A DNA stretch of 28,450 nucleotides from Thermotogota bacterium (GCA_039679545.1 JBDKUT010000150.1:1-28450), one strand, 5' to 3'. Positions 9,160-19,046 are shown, counted from the stretch's first letter. Numbers and translations: made by a program. Notes: a model not told the origin generated them from the sequence alone.

Positions 9160-10446
9160 ATGGCCAAGGCATCGTTCCCCGCACCGTCGATCGTCCTCGA
9201 TCCGTCGCACGCGCGCCGATTCCTCCTCCTGCACCAGCGGTTGCTTCCACCGCGTCGGCTCGTCGGGAAGACCGGAGTGCTCAAGCTCTTCGAGCACCTG
9301 GGCTGCATTCAGTACGACCCGATCGACATCGTCGGCCGCAACCCTGACCTTGTCCTGCAGTCTCGCATCGCGCGGTATCGGCCGGCCGTGCTCGACCGCC
9401 TCATGCACACCGAGCACCGCGTCTACGTCGGCTGGGACAAGATGTCGGCCATCGTCCTGCGTGAGACGTGGCCGTCGTTCGCTCGGCACCGCGCGCTGAT
9501 GACGCGCCAGCATGGCGGCCCGGAGGCGCAGGCCATGAAGGTGGCGCCCTACATCCTTGACGAGATCCGCCGGCGCGGCCCGCTCTCGTCCGTCGACATC
9601 GAGCACGAAGAGAAGGTTGACTGGTGGTGGGGCCGTCCGACGCGCCTCGTCCACGCATCGCTCGAGATCCTTTCGTCGATGGGCGTCATCCTGCCGCACC
9701 ACCGCGTGCGGAGTGTCCGCTACTTTGACCTCGCCGAGCGGATCCTTCCTGGGGAGATCCTCGAGGCGCCCGATCCCCACCCCGACGATGAGTCGTACGA
9801 GGACTGGCACGTGCTGCGGCGGATTGGCAGCCTTGGCCTCTCGCCGTCGAACGGCGCCGCCGAGTACTGGTGGGGAATCAGGGGTGTCAAGGGCGGCGAG
9901 GCGAGGGCCAAGGTTCTCACGCGTCTCGCCGAACGCGGCGACGCTGTCGCCGTCGGGGTCGAAGGGGTTCCGAAGAGGACCTTCTTTGTGCGTACGGCCG
10001 ACCTCCCGACCCTCGAGGCAGCGGCGGAGCCCGACGGGAGGCCGGCCGAAGCCGCGTTCCTCGCGCCGCTCGACAACATCACCTGGGATCGCGAGCTCCT
10101 TCGACAGGTCTTCGAGTTCGACTACTGCTGGGAAATCTACAAGCCGAAGGAGAAGCGCACCTACGGCTACTATGTCCTTCCCGTTCTGTGCGGCGAGCGG
10201 TTCGTCGCTCGCACTGAGCCGGCGTTCGACAAGAAGGAGCGCGTCCTCTCGATCAACGGCTGGTGGTGGGAGCCGGGCATTCGCCCGGACGGCGAGATGG
10301 CGGCGGCGCTTCGCGCCGCTCTAGCGGAGTTCGCTGCCTACCTTGGTGCCGTCGAGGTCCGTCTCGGCGACTCTCTCGCGTCGAACCGCACGCTACGGCG
10401 CACGCTCGGAATCTCGTCACGGCGGCGAGCGTCGGCGGCACGCTAG
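9160..10446 (+). CDS. YcaQ/AlkZ-like crosslink-repair DNA glycosylase family protein (428 aa)
   Basis: LGCIQYDPIDIVGRNPDLVLQSR (QxD), FLAPLDNITWDR and WEIYKPKEKRTYGYYVLP. Confidence 0.88.
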   Translation: MAKASFPAPSIVLDPSHARRFLLLHQRLLPPRRLVGKTGVLKLFEHLGCIQYDPIDIVGRNPDLVLQSRIARYRPAVLDRLMHTEHRVYVGWDKMSAIVLRETWPSFARHRALMTRQHGGPEAQAMKVAPYILDEIRRRGPLSSVDIEHEEKVDWWWGRPTRLVHASLEILSSMGVILPHHRVRSVRYFDLAERILPGEILEAPDPHPDDESYEDWHVLRRIGSLGLSPSNGAAEYWWGIRGVKGGEARAKVLTRLAERGDAVAVGVEGVPKRTFFVRTADLPTLEAAAEPDGRPAEAAFLAPLDNITWDRELLRQVFEFDYCWEIYKPKEKRTYGYYVLPVLCGERFVARTEPAFDKKERVLSINGWWWEPGIRPDGEMAAALRAALAEFAAYLGAVEVRLGDSLASNRTLRRTLGISSRRRASAAR

Positions 10447-10583
10447 AGCTTGCGGCCGTGACACCCAGTGGAAGAGCACCTGCCGTGGGAGCAGCACCCG
10501 GGACTGTGTCAAACCTGCGGGCGGGAGTGAACCGGCGTGCCCCGGGGTGCCACATACAATGGACAGAGCGCAAAGGAGACTGA

Positions 10584-11339
10584 ATGGACACGAACCGCCA
10601 GTACCTGAGAAACCCGTCGCGTGAAGCGCTCATGACCCATACGCCGGATCAGCAGAAGGGGGTCACCCCACCGCCGTTCGAGAAGCCGGCGGCTCCCGGC
10701 GCCAAGCTCATCCCCCTCGTCCCGGCCGACCGGATCGCGCTCGGCCGAATGCCTCTGGTCAACGCGATTCGCGACCGCGAGAGCCGCCGGGAGTTCACCG
10801 ACGAGGCGCTCTCCCTCGAGGAGTTGTCGTTCCTTCTCTGGGCGACGCAAGGGATCCGCCGCGTCAGCCCGAAGGGAACGTGGGCGATGCGCAACGTCCC
10901 GTCGGGCGGTTGCCGCCATCCGTTCGAGACCTACCTCAGGGTTCGCCATGTGGAGACGCTGGCGCCGGGCCTGTACCGCTACCTTCCCGTCGAGCACGCG
11001 CTCGTCGCCGTCGACGCTCCGGGCGCGGACCCCACGATCAGCCTCGCGGAGGCCTGCTACGGGCAGCAGTTCGTTGACACCGCCGCCGTCAGCTTCGTCT
11101 GGACCGCCATTCCGTACCGAACGGAGTGGCGCTACGGCCCCGACTCGCTCAAGGACATCCTTCTGAGCTGCGGGCACATCTGCCAGAACCTATACCTCGC
11201 CTGCGAGTCGATCGGCGCCGGGACGTGCGCCATTGTTGCCTACGACCAGGATGAGCTCGACACGTTCCTCGGCGTTGACGGAAAGGACGAGATCTCGCTC
11301 TATGTCGCGCCTGTGGGGAAGGTCGCCGGGAAGAAGTAG
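10584..11339 (+). CDS. SagB/ThcOx-family flavin-dependent oxidoreductase (nitroreductase fold, 251 aa)
   Basis: RESRREF, LSLEELSFLLWATQG, RNVPSGGCRHPFETY and GHICQNLYLACE; AAGGAG RBS. Confidence 0.9.
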   Translation: MDTNRQYLRNPSREALMTHTPDQQKGVTPPPFEKPAAPGAKLIPLVPADRIALGRMPLVNAIRDRESRREFTDEALSLEELSFLLWATQGIRRVSPKGTWAMRNVPSGGCRHPFETYLRVRHVETLAPGLYRYLPVEHALVAVDAPGADPTISLAEACYGQQFVDTAAVSFVWTAIPYRTEWRYGPDSLKDILLSCGHICQNLYLACESIGAGTCAIVAYDQDELDTFLGVDGKDEISLYVAPVGKVAGKK

Positions 11340-11410
11340 ACCGTGGCGTGAAGCCGCTCGCGCCGAGGCCCAGAGGGTTCCGGGCCCGCGGGCCGGTGCG
11401 CCGTCAGGCT

Positions 11411-12133
11411 CTAGACGCCGAGCTCGCCGAGCTTTGCGCCGATGAGGGTGAGTGTTTTCTCGATCAGTTCTTCGCCGTAGGCCGTCGTGCTGTCGCGAGG
11501 ATCCTCCCCGAACACGCCAAGGGGCTTCTCCTTGCGCGACCTTGGCAACTGCGAAAGGTCCACGAGCTCGGGCGCAACCGCCATCAAGATCGACGTCTCG
11601 TTCCGCCCCGCGTGGTCGTTCTGCGTCGCCCACGCGCCGGGGAAGTCCGCGGCGGAGATCAGACGGAGCTTGTACTGGTGCCTCCAGCGCCTGGCCTCAC
11701 GGCCCCACGCGTCGCGAGAGGGCCCGTGGCCCTCGACGACAATGCACCGGAAGCCGGCCCGCTCGGCCTGAACGAGGATCGCCTCCATCATCATCAGGAA
11801 GAGGCCCTCTGGGACCCAGTAGAGGCTTCCGGGCAGTTGGCGGGGAGCACTCGGATCCAGGTCCATGCCCATGAGGGAGCGGCCGTTGTCGGCCGTTGCG
11901 ATGTCGTCGGGGCCGAGCCAAATCGGGGGGAAGACGATTCCCCCGAAGCGCTCGGCCGCGCGTTCAAGGATCGCGCCGGCTTGGATGAAGTCCGCGCCCA
12001 ACGGGTTCTGGGGGCCGTGCCACTCGAGCGTACCGATGGGGATGTACCCGACAGGCCGCTCCTTCAGGCGAGCCTCGAACTCGTGTGGCAGGAGATCGGC
12101 GTACCGAACCTTCGAGACAAGATGTGTGCGCAT
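11411..12133 (-). CDS. Creatininase-family protein (240 aa)
   Basis: PIGTLEWHGPQNPLGAD, EGHG and DHAGRNETS; GGAGGTG RBS. Confidence 0.9.
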   Translation of the reverse strand: MRTHLVSKVRYADLLPHEFEARLKERPVGYIPIGTLEWHGPQNPLGADFIQAGAILERAAERFGGIVFPPIWLGPDDIATADNGRSLMGMDLDPSAPRQLPGSLYWVPEGLFLMMMEAILVQAERAGFRCIVVEGHGPSRDAWGREARRWRHQYKLRLISAADFPGAWATQNDHAGRNETSILMAVAPELVDLSQLPRSRKEKPLGVFGEDPRDSTTAYGEELIEKTLTLIGAKLGELGV

Positions 12134-12209
12134 CGGCCACCTCCCGGACGACCATCGACATCCCGCGTTGCGGAAGCGTCTCGATGACGGAGAAGCGCCG
12201 GGTGCCGTG

Positions 12210-12353
12210 CTAGGCGCGTGGTGACTTGCGGAGCTTGAGGAATCGGGCCGTCGCCCAGATGGCGACGACGGCGATCAGAGCGTCGAGGATGAGGCACGCG
12301 AACGGCGACAGGTAGAGCGCGATCCACTCTCCGCCGGCGGCGGCTTCGTGCAT
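12210..12353 (-). CDS. Small membrane protein (47 aa), absent from the ORF track
   Basis: AAGGGGG RBS; MHEAAAGGEWIALYLSPFACLILDALIAVVAIWATARFLKLRKSPRA has one TM helix and a basic tail. Confidence 0.6.
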   Translation of the reverse strand: MHEAAAGGEWIALYLSPFACLILDALIAVVAIWATARFLKLRKSPRA

Positions 12354-12479
12354 GAGACCCCCTTCGACCAAGCCGAGCGTACACCAGGCGCCCTAGCGGT
12401 TCCAGGCGCCGGACGCCGCTCTGCCGTCCTGGCAAAGACCTGCTTGGAGGAAGGGCACTGAATTAGGCACCATCTACTC

Positions 12480-13523
12480 ATGCTTCCGGCGAAGGTCTAC
12501 GTCGAGCCGACCACGCGCTGCAACCTCGCCTGCGCGATGTGCGTTCGCGCCTCATGGAGCGAACCCGTCGGGGACATGGATGGGGCGACCTTCGACTGCG
12601 TGATCGGCCTCGCAGTTGCCGCACGTGGGGCGATTGCGATTAGCTTTGCCGGTGTTGGCGAGCCGCTCCTTCATCCGCTGATCGTGGAGATGGTCGAACG
12701 CGCGGCGCAGACGGGGGCGCGCACGGAGCTGACGACGAACGGGACCTTGCTGGATCGAGCAACCGCGGAGGCACTCCTCCGGGCGGGCCTGTCACGGCTG
12801 TGGGTTTCGCTTGACAGCGGGCCGACCGGTGACGGCGCGTGCTCTCCGACGGTGGGCCACGCGGAGAACGACCGCGTGCGCGAGAACGTCACCGCGTTTG
12901 CTGCCCTTCGAAGGGGCCACTCCGTCGAACTCGGGCTGGCCCACGTCGTCTCGCGGGCCAATCGGGACGGGCTTGACGTCTTCCTGGGGTTCGCGCGAAA
13001 GCTCTCGGTCGATCTCGTCCACCTGAGCCACCTCATCCCGTACACGGCGGGCCAGAACAGCGAGTCGCTCGTTCCCGCTTGGTACGCTCGCCGCAGCGCC
13101 GAACCCGCACTTCCCTGGATCGGCGAGGCACGGCTCGCCGCAGACAGGTTTATCCCTGTCTCATTGGCGCCCGAGCGCGGGCGGTGCCCGTTCATCGACG
13201 CCGAGGCGGTTGCCGTCGCCTGGGACGGGCGTGTCGCTCCGTGCCCTCCGCTTCTCCGATCGCACGAGACCCACCAACCGGGCATGGCGCGAGTCGCGGG
13301 CGCGTATGTCGTCGGACGGCTCTGTGATCGGTCGCTCGCCGACCTCTGGCGCGACCGTGAGCACCAGGACTTCCGCGCGCGGATGAAGGGCGGAGTGTTC
13401 GCGCCGTGCGGCTGGTGCGGCGCGTGCTCGTTGTCCCTCGACAACCAGGCCGACTGCTACGGGATCCCGTTCCCCGCTTGTGGCGGGTGCCCGTGGCTTC
13501 AGGGGACCGTACGGTGTCCGTAA
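12480..13523 (+). CDS. Radical SAM/SPASM protein resembling tungsten-cofactor oxidoreductase maturases (TIGR04317-like, 347 aa)
   Basis: CNLACAMC, GVGEPLLHP, CPFI..AWDGRVAPC and C-terminal CGWC..C..DC..CGGCPW..RCP. Confidence 0.8.
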   Translation: MLPAKVYVEPTTRCNLACAMCVRASWSEPVGDMDGATFDCVIGLAVAARGAIAISFAGVGEPLLHPLIVEMVERAAQTGARTELTTNGTLLDRATAEALLRAGLSRLWVSLDSGPTGDGACSPTVGHAENDRVRENVTAFAALRRGHSVELGLAHVVSRANRDGLDVFLGFARKLSVDLVHLSHLIPYTAGQNSESLVPAWYARRSAEPALPWIGEARLAADRFIPVSLAPERGRCPFIDAEAVAVAWDGRVAPCPPLLRSHETHQPGMARVAGAYVVGRLCDRSLADLWRDREHQDFRARMKGGVFAPCGWCGACSLSLDNQADCYGIPFPACGGCPWLQGTVRCP

Positions 13524-13583
13524 CGCCTCGTGTGGGCGCAGTTCGCGTTGGCGCCCAAGAACACGGCCTCGCCAGACGAGGAC

Positions 13584-14588
13584 TCACTCTCCCGGCCGTG
13601 GGCGCAAGTCGATGCCCGGGCGAAGGACCCTCTCGTACCGATTGACCTGCTCGACCGCGCGCATGCCGACCTTCTCATACAGGCGCAACGCTCCGGTCGG
13701 GCTCGTCGCGTCGACTCCCAAGCGTGCAGCGCCATACCCCTGCGCGTGGAGCGCCTGGAACGCCGTCTCAAGCAGAGCGCGCGCGACTCCGCGTTGTCGC
13801 CACGCCGGGCGAACGCCGAGGTAGCTGACAAGACCGATGGCCGGGTCGCCTCGGTAGTTGTCCTCGCAGAGGACGTACCCGACGACGGCTCCGTCGGCCA
13901 CGGCGATGTAGCTGAAGTCGGAGCGCTGTCCGATCGTGTCGTGTCGCCACTCCTCGACGAAGGCCTCCGACGACCGCTCGGCGTAGCCCCAATGATCGCG
14001 GAACGCCTCGGTGTGGGCCCGCGCGACGTCGAGCAACTCGCGTTCCATGTCGATTCGACGGATCACGACCCCGGTCGGAGGCATCGACGCCTCCACGTTG
14101 CCGTCGAAGTCGATACGCATGCGGAAGAAGATTCGCGAGCGCTTGAACCCGGCACGAGTGAGTGCGGCCGTCCGCGGCGCATCGGCCTCGACGGCCTCCG
14201 CCATGAGATTGACTTCCGCGTTGGGCGGCGCCAGGTCAACGTTCGCCGCGGCCCGTTCGATAACCCAAGCAGAGAGCGCGTCCCACAACTGTTCGTGGTC
14301 CCAGTGGTCTGGGCCGACGCTGACGTTCGCGAATACGATCAGAAACGGCTCGGTGGCGGGCTCTACACTCGCGAGGCCGACGACCCGTCCTGTGCCGTCA
14401 GCCGCGACGAGGTTGTCCCGGGCGAGACTCGCCGCTTGAGACGCCCACCAATTCCTCCAACCGTCGCGCGTCGTGCGCGTCGGGCTGTTGAGTCTGTCGG
14501 CGCGGGCCTCGGCCATCGCCACAACCCCGTCGAAGTCCTCGGGGGTCGGAGCTCGTAGTATCCACTCGGACAGGCTAGATTCCGCCAT
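13584..14588 (-). CDS. Tandem GNAT acetyltransferase (MshD-like, 334 aa)
   Basis: AFRDHWG, LGVRPAWRQRGVARALL and LGVDATSPTGALRLYEKVGM; AAGGAG RBS before ATG 14588. Confidence 0.88.
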   Translation of the reverse strand: MAESSLSEWILRAPTPEDFDGVVAMAEARADRLNSPTRTTRDGWRNWWASQAASLARDNLVAADGTGRVVGLASVEPATEPFLIVFANVSVGPDHWDHEQLWDALSAWVIERAAANVDLAPPNAEVNLMAEAVEADAPRTAALTRAGFKRSRIFFRMRIDFDGNVEASMPPTGVVIRRIDMERELLDVARAHTEAFRDHWGYAERSSEAFVEEWRHDTIGQRSDFSYIAVADGAVVGYVLCEDNYRGDPAIGLVSYLGVRPAWRQRGVARALLETAFQALHAQGYGAARLGVDATSPTGALRLYEKVGMRAVEQVNRYERVLRPGIDLRPRPGE

Positions 14589-14728
14589 AGGGCTCTCCTT
14601 CTCCGAGCGTCCGCCGCCCCGCCGGCCGCCGCAGCCAGAGTGGGCCCGCCACGTCTCCACCTCGTCTCAAGGCGCGAGAGGCTTGTCTTGGCCGATGGAG
14701 GAGATGCGACGACTCAAGGACTCCTGCG

Positions 14729-15526
14729 CTACTGCCGTGCCGAGAGGACGACCCGCTCTTTGTTCGAACGGAGCAGGAGCACGATGACAGCGAGCCAGAG
14801 GGCTCCGGCAGCACAGAGCTGGTATAGGCAGAAGACCCAGCTTCCGATCGCGATCGCGCCCGTTCCGATGGCCACCGGCAGCCCGATCATCGCGCCCATG
14901 CCGATGAGGAACGACGGCAGGAGCGAGGCATCCGCGTCCTTCACGAGGGCGATGAGGATGATGAGCGCGCACATGCCGGAGAAGAAGAGCGGGTTCAGGA
15001 GCGCCGCCACGGCGGCGGGCGCCGAAACGAGCAGAACGAAGCGCGACAGCGCGACCGCGACGATCGCATGGGCGGAGACGAGCGAAAGGACCCCGCACAG
15101 CCCTCCGATCCCCGTCGACACCGCGGCGAGGGCGAGGGTCTTTCCGAGCCAGATCTCGGAGAGGCCGAGCGGGGTAGCGAGAAGGGTCTCGAGGTTCCCC
15201 GTCAGCTTCTCCCGCATGACGAGCGCGCTCGCGAAGACCCAGACGACGAGCGAGAACGGAAGCATCGTGACGGCGTAGACGGAGTTCTCGACGAGGAGCC
15301 CGCCGACGACGCTTCTGACGATCCCGTCGACCGCCGGTGCATCGAGGCCGGCAGCCTGGCGCAGCACGCTGCGAAGCAGAAGGCCTGTGCCGACCGAGAT
15401 CCCGACGACGAGCGCTCCGAACACCGCAACGATGACGGTGAACGCGGGGCTCTTCCGAAGCTCCTCGAGATCCCTTCCGCAGACCGCGCCGACGCGGCTC
15501 GCCGCTGTGCGGCGCGACGAGGTCAT
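14729..15526 (-). CDS. ABC-2 type transporter permease (265 aa)
   Basis: REKLTGNLETLLATPL..IWLGK motif; about 6 TM helices; ATGA overlap with the upstream permease. Confidence 0.85.
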   Translation of the reverse strand: MTSSRRTAASRVGAVCGRDLEELRKSPAFTVIVAVFGALVVGISVGTGLLLRSVLRQAAGLDAPAVDGIVRSVVGGLLVENSVYAVTMLPFSLVVWVFASALVMREKLTGNLETLLATPLGLSEIWLGKTLALAAVSTGIGGLCGVLSLVSAHAIVAVALSRFVLLVSAPAAVAALLNPLFFSGMCALIILIALVKDADASLLPSFLIGMGAMIGLPVAIGTGAIAIGSWVFCLYQLCAAGALWLAVIVLLLRSNKERVVLSARQ

Positions 15527-16269
15527 CGCTTGCATGAGAGCACGATCCGCTCCTTCGTCACGCCGCGGCCCACGGCCGCGATGATCCCCGCGACGACGAC
15601 CGTCAGCCCGAGCTGCACGAGCGCCAGATCCAGCCTCGTCACCGCGACGACGCCGCGGGCGCCGAGGTTGATGATGAGCGAGGAGTAGACCGGCAAGAAG
15701 ACCTGGGCGATGACGGCGCCGGACGTCACCCTACCCGGGACGCTGATGGCGTGGACGAGGAACGCGAGCGCGAGGTAGACGCTCGGCAACAACACGAAGC
15801 AGTTGACGATCATCCACGGCGTCGCGACCGGGATCCCGTTCGGAGCGAGGTACAGGACGCCCAGCACGACGGCTGCGACCACGCCTGCGCCGACTCCCGC
15901 AAGGATCCCCGGAAGGATCGACGCGATCGACAAGGCGAACCACAGATCCCGCGCGGCGACCGGCGTCGCGAGGAGCGATTCGATCGAGCCGGACGCCTTG
16001 CCCCGTATGAGCGGCTGCGTCGAGCTGATATCGAGGGAGAGCCCTGTGATGATGAGCACGGTGCAGTAGACGAGGCCGGTGGCCGCCCCCGCCAGGAGTT
16101 CGCGATCCAACGCCGGACTCGAGAGCAGCGGAGTGATAAGCAGGCGGACGCCGATCACGTAGAGGATCGCAACGAAGAACAGGGAGATCACGACGAAGGC
16201 GACCCTATAGCTGCGCGACCGCGCCAGGTCGCGGACGGCGGCCTTCGTAAGCACAGAGAGGACGCTCAT
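15523..16269 (-). CDS. ABC-2 type transporter permease (248 aa)
   Basis: KASGSIESLLATPV motif; about 6 TM helices; ATG immediately after the ATPase stop. Confidence 0.85.
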   Translation of the reverse strand: MSVLSVLTKAAVRDLARSRSYRVAFVVISLFFVAILYVIGVRLLITPLLSSPALDRELLAGAATGLVYCTVLIITGLSLDISSTQPLIRGKASGSIESLLATPVAARDLWFALSIASILPGILAGVGAGVVAAVVLGVLYLAPNGIPVATPWMIVNCFVLLPSVYLALAFLVHAISVPGRVTSGAVIAQVFLPVYSSLIINLGARGVVAVTRLDLALVQLGLTVVVAGIIAAVGRGVTKERIVLSCKR

Positions 16270-16270
16270 C

Positions 16271-17203
16271 CTACGCCTCCCGTTCCTTGAGGATCGCGGC
16301 GTACAGCTCCTCGAGCGACGTATGCTTCGTGGCGACGCCCTCAACTCCGACGCCGTGCGCGGCGAGGAAAGAAACGATGTCTGCGTTTCCCACTCCGCTC
16401 GGCAGCTTCAGGTCGAGCGTCGTCGATCCTCCGCCGCTTGTCTCCCCGCCGAAGCGATCGCGAATCTCGGTGAGCATCGCCGGAGCGACGGGAGTCGAAG
16501 TCGTGATCGTGACCCGTCCCTCGCTCCCCACGCCGAGAAGCTGCTTCAGATCCCCCGTGACGCGGATCTCGCCCTTGTCGATCAAGGCGATGCGATTGCA
16601 CAGCCGCTCGATCTCATCGAGATCGTGCGAGCTCAAGAGGATCGTCTTGCCGCGCTCGCGTACCAGGTCCTGGATGATCGCGCGGATCTCGATCTGCCCG
16701 GTGGGGTCGATCCCCGACATCGGCTCGTCGAGGATCAGGACCTCCGGGTTGTGGACGAGGGCGCGCGCGAGCGCAAGCCGCCGCCGCATCCCCTTCGAGT
16801 AGGTGCCGGCGCGGTCGTTCGCCCGTTCGGACAGGCGCACCGACTCGAGCAGCGCCGTGATCTCTCCCGCGCTCGGGGCACAGCCGTACAGCTTGGCGTA
16901 GAACTGGAGGTTCTCGACCGCCGTGAGCTGGTCGTAGAGCCCGTCGGCGTCGAGCATGAATCCGATCTTGCGGCGCGTCTCGACGCGGTCGGTCGGATCG
17001 CCGAGGACGAGCACCTTTCCGGAGTCCGCTCGGAGCAGATCGAGAAGGATGCGGATCGTTGTTGTCTTCCCGGCGCCGTTCGCGCCGAGGTACCCGAAGA
17101 TGTCGCCTCGCTCGACCGTGAAGGTGACGCCGTCGAGTGCCTGGAGAGCGCCGAAGCGCTTCTTCACACCTTCGAGCTCGATCACCGTCGTGTTAGGTCC
17201 CAC
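16271..17203 (-). CDS. ABC transporter ATP-binding protein (310 aa)
   Basis: Walker A GANGAGKTT, signature YSKGMRRR, Walker B LILDEP and SSH switch; GGGAGG RBS before GTG 17203. Confidence 0.95.
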   Translation of the reverse strand: MGPNTTVIELEGVKKRFGALQALDGVTFTVERGDIFGYLGANGAGKTTTIRILLDLLRADSGKVLVLGDPTDRVETRRKIGFMLDADGLYDQLTAVENLQFYAKLYGCAPSAGEITALLESVRLSERANDRAGTYSKGMRRRLALARALVHNPEVLILDEPMSGIDPTGQIEIRAIIQDLVRERGKTILLSSHDLDEIERLCNRIALIDKGEIRVTGDLKQLLGVGSEGRVTITTSTPVAPAMLTEIRDRFGGETSGGGSTTLDLKLPSGVGNADIVSFLAAHGVGVEGVATKHTSLEELYAAILKEREA

Positions 17204-17213
17204 AGCTTCCTCC

Positions 17214-17510
17214 CTACCCTTTGCCACGCACAACCCGCTCCAACTCCCGAATGTACCCGAGAAGCACCTCTCGGCCTCGTGACGTCAGACTGAGCCACGT
17301 CTTCGGCTTCCGATTCACGAATGCCTTCTCGACCTTCACGAGCCTCGCCTCCTCGAGTTTGGCTAGATGAGCGCCGAGGTTCCCCTTCGTCAATTCCAAC
17401 TCGTCTGCGAGAAGCATGAAGTCGACCTTCGCGCCGTCCTCGAGCGCGGCGAGCGCCGCCATGATCTTGAGGCGCGTCGGCTGATGAATAAGGAGGGTGT
17501 CGTCGTTCAT
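17214..17510 (-). CDS. Winged-helix transcriptional regulator (HTH_34/ArsR-like, 98 aa)
   Basis: IHQPTRLKIMAAL, LTKGNLGAHLAKLEEA and KPKTWLSLT; ATGA overlap with the upstream gene. Confidence 0.9.
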   Translation of the reverse strand: MNDDTLLIHQPTRLKIMAALAALEDGAKVDFMLLADELELTKGNLGAHLAKLEEARLVKVEKAFVNRKPKTWLSLTSRGREVLLGYIRELERVVRGKG

Positions 17511-18070
17511 GCCTCGCGCCGCAAGAGAAACGAGATCCCGACGGCGAGGAACGCGACTCCCCCGGACAGCGCGACCACCAGCGGTAGGTACGACGGCACG
17601 GCCAGGCGGCCGACGAGCGTCGCGCACCACAGGAACACGCCCAGGAGTTGAGCTTTGTACGACCCGACGGAGCCCGCGACGAAGAAGCTGAGCCCGGCGG
17701 TCAGCGCGATCAGGAGCGTGATGTCCTCGGGTGCCGTCAGTCCGAGCAAGAGACCGAGCATCACGTCGAAGATGGTCGCCCCGACGAACCAGAGTCCCAT
17801 CCGTCGCCCGACCGCCGGAACGATCTGCTCTCCACGCTTTCCGAAGAAACGCCTGGCAAGGAGCGCGCACACGCCGATTCCGATGACGTTGAGCCCGATC
17901 CACACGAAGCGGGAGTCGTTGCCGAGCCATTGCGTCGTGACAAAGCCGGCGGTCCAGATGACGGCGGCGGCGAGAAAGAACCAACCGGCGTGTCGGCCAA
18001 CGCGCGTCGCCGTTCCCTGCACGGCCGCCTTGATGTCGGCGATCTCCTTCAGAGCATCTCGCTCGTTCAT
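17507..18070 (-). CDS. Six-TM membrane protein leading the wHTH-ABC operon (187 aa)
   Basis: Amphipathic N-terminal ALKEIADIK followed by TM helices; GGGAGG RBS. Confidence 0.8.
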   Translation of the reverse strand: MNERDALKEIADIKAAVQGTATRVGRHAGWFFLAAAVIWTAGFVTTQWLGNDSRFVWIGLNVIGIGVCALLARRFFGKRGEQIVPAVGRRMGLWFVGATIFDVMLGLLLGLTAPEDITLLIALTAGLSFFVAGSVGSYKAQLLGVFLWCATLVGRLAVPSYLPLVVALSGGVAFLAVGISFLLRREA

Positions 18071-18075
18071 GAACC

Positions 18076-18132
18076 TCCCGCAGACCAGTCTGTCAAGCAG
18101 TGTAGTCTGCGGGATGGCGTGCTCGCTGTCAA
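18076..18132 (-). promoter_or_regulatory. Promoter with inverted repeat upstream of the wHTH-ABC operon
   Basis: TTGACA (18132-18127)-N17-CAGACT (18109-18104); perfect 10-bp inverted repeat TCCCGCAGAC/GTCTGCGGGA at 18076-18085/18105-18114. Confidence 0.6.
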
Positions 18133-18336
18133 GACTCAGCTTCTGCCAGCCGCCTGCCGATCTCTGAGGCTTCTGCGCCCATCTCTGAGTTCACGCACGT
18201 GGGGGAGTCGGTTCGCGCGCGGCACACCCTCCTAAGTTCAGACTATTGGACAACGCACGGGACGGCCTCCGCTGCTCTGAAGTGGGCGGCGGCCGTCCGA
18301 ATCGGCGCGAGCCCGCGCCTTTGGCTCCCATTCCGC

Positions 18337-18864
18337 CTATCCTTCCGGCTTCGCGCAGACCTCAATGCGCCGTGCGGGCACGCGCTCCGAGTACATCGTG
18401 GCGAGTTGCGACTTCGGGTCCGGGAAGCCCGAGCCGGTGTAGACGGCAACGACGTCCAGCTCGTCCTCGCTCTGGATCACGAAGTAGCCCTCGAAGAACA
18501 CGCCTCCCGGGATCTGCGGGTACGTCGGCATGGTGTAGAAATAGGCGCCGTCGTACTCCGTGACTCCATCAGCGATCAGTGGCTGCCTCGGATCTACCCA
18601 GCTTGGGACAGGACCCAAACCGCCGCCATACCCAGCGACGGCGAGCTTGATTCTGTAGTGCACTGCTTGGCACTGCCACGGGTTGTGGATGTTGACAGTG
18701 GTGAAGAACATTCCCCACCCAATGCCTTCGTTGTCGCACGGTCCCTGGACCACCTTGACGGAGTACTCGTACCTGTACACGAGGTCCGTCTGTGCTGCGC
18801 CTGTCAGAGCTAGCATGGAGATGCCGAGAGCCACCGTAGCGAGTACTGCCACTAGCCTTCTCAT
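18337..18864 (-). CDS. Secreted hypothetical beta-rich protein (175 aa)
   Basis: AAGGAGGGAGG RBS; signal peptide; YSVKVVQG, TTVNIHNP and EGYFVIQS..LDVVAVYT. Confidence 0.75.
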   Translation of the reverse strand: MRRLVAVLATVALGISMLALTGAAQTDLVYRYEYSVKVVQGPCDNEGIGWGMFFTTVNIHNPWQCQAVHYRIKLAVAGYGGGLGPVPSWVDPRQPLIADGVTEYDGAYFYTMPTYPQIPGGVFFEGYFVIQSEDELDVVAVYTGSGFPDPKSQLATMYSERVPARRIEVCAKPEG

Positions 18865-19046
18865 GTCCGCCTCCCTCCTTGGTTCGCTGGCTGGCGCGAC
18901 AGGCCGCAGCCAAGAGTCATCTTCGGCTCGACCACGAATCGGGTGAGCGTTGGTTCTGTGCGTCGCGCAACCGGCTATGCAATGACCTGACAACCAAGGA
19001 TACGATAGAGTAATACCAGACGACATGTCAACATGCATCTCGCGAA

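Noticed and set aside
10447..10583. GCACCCGGG/CCCGGGGTGC stem upstream of the SagB-like gene as a riboswitch
   Set aside because: No FMN, TPP or c-di-GMP core motif; a TACAAT -10-like element lies downstream of the stem
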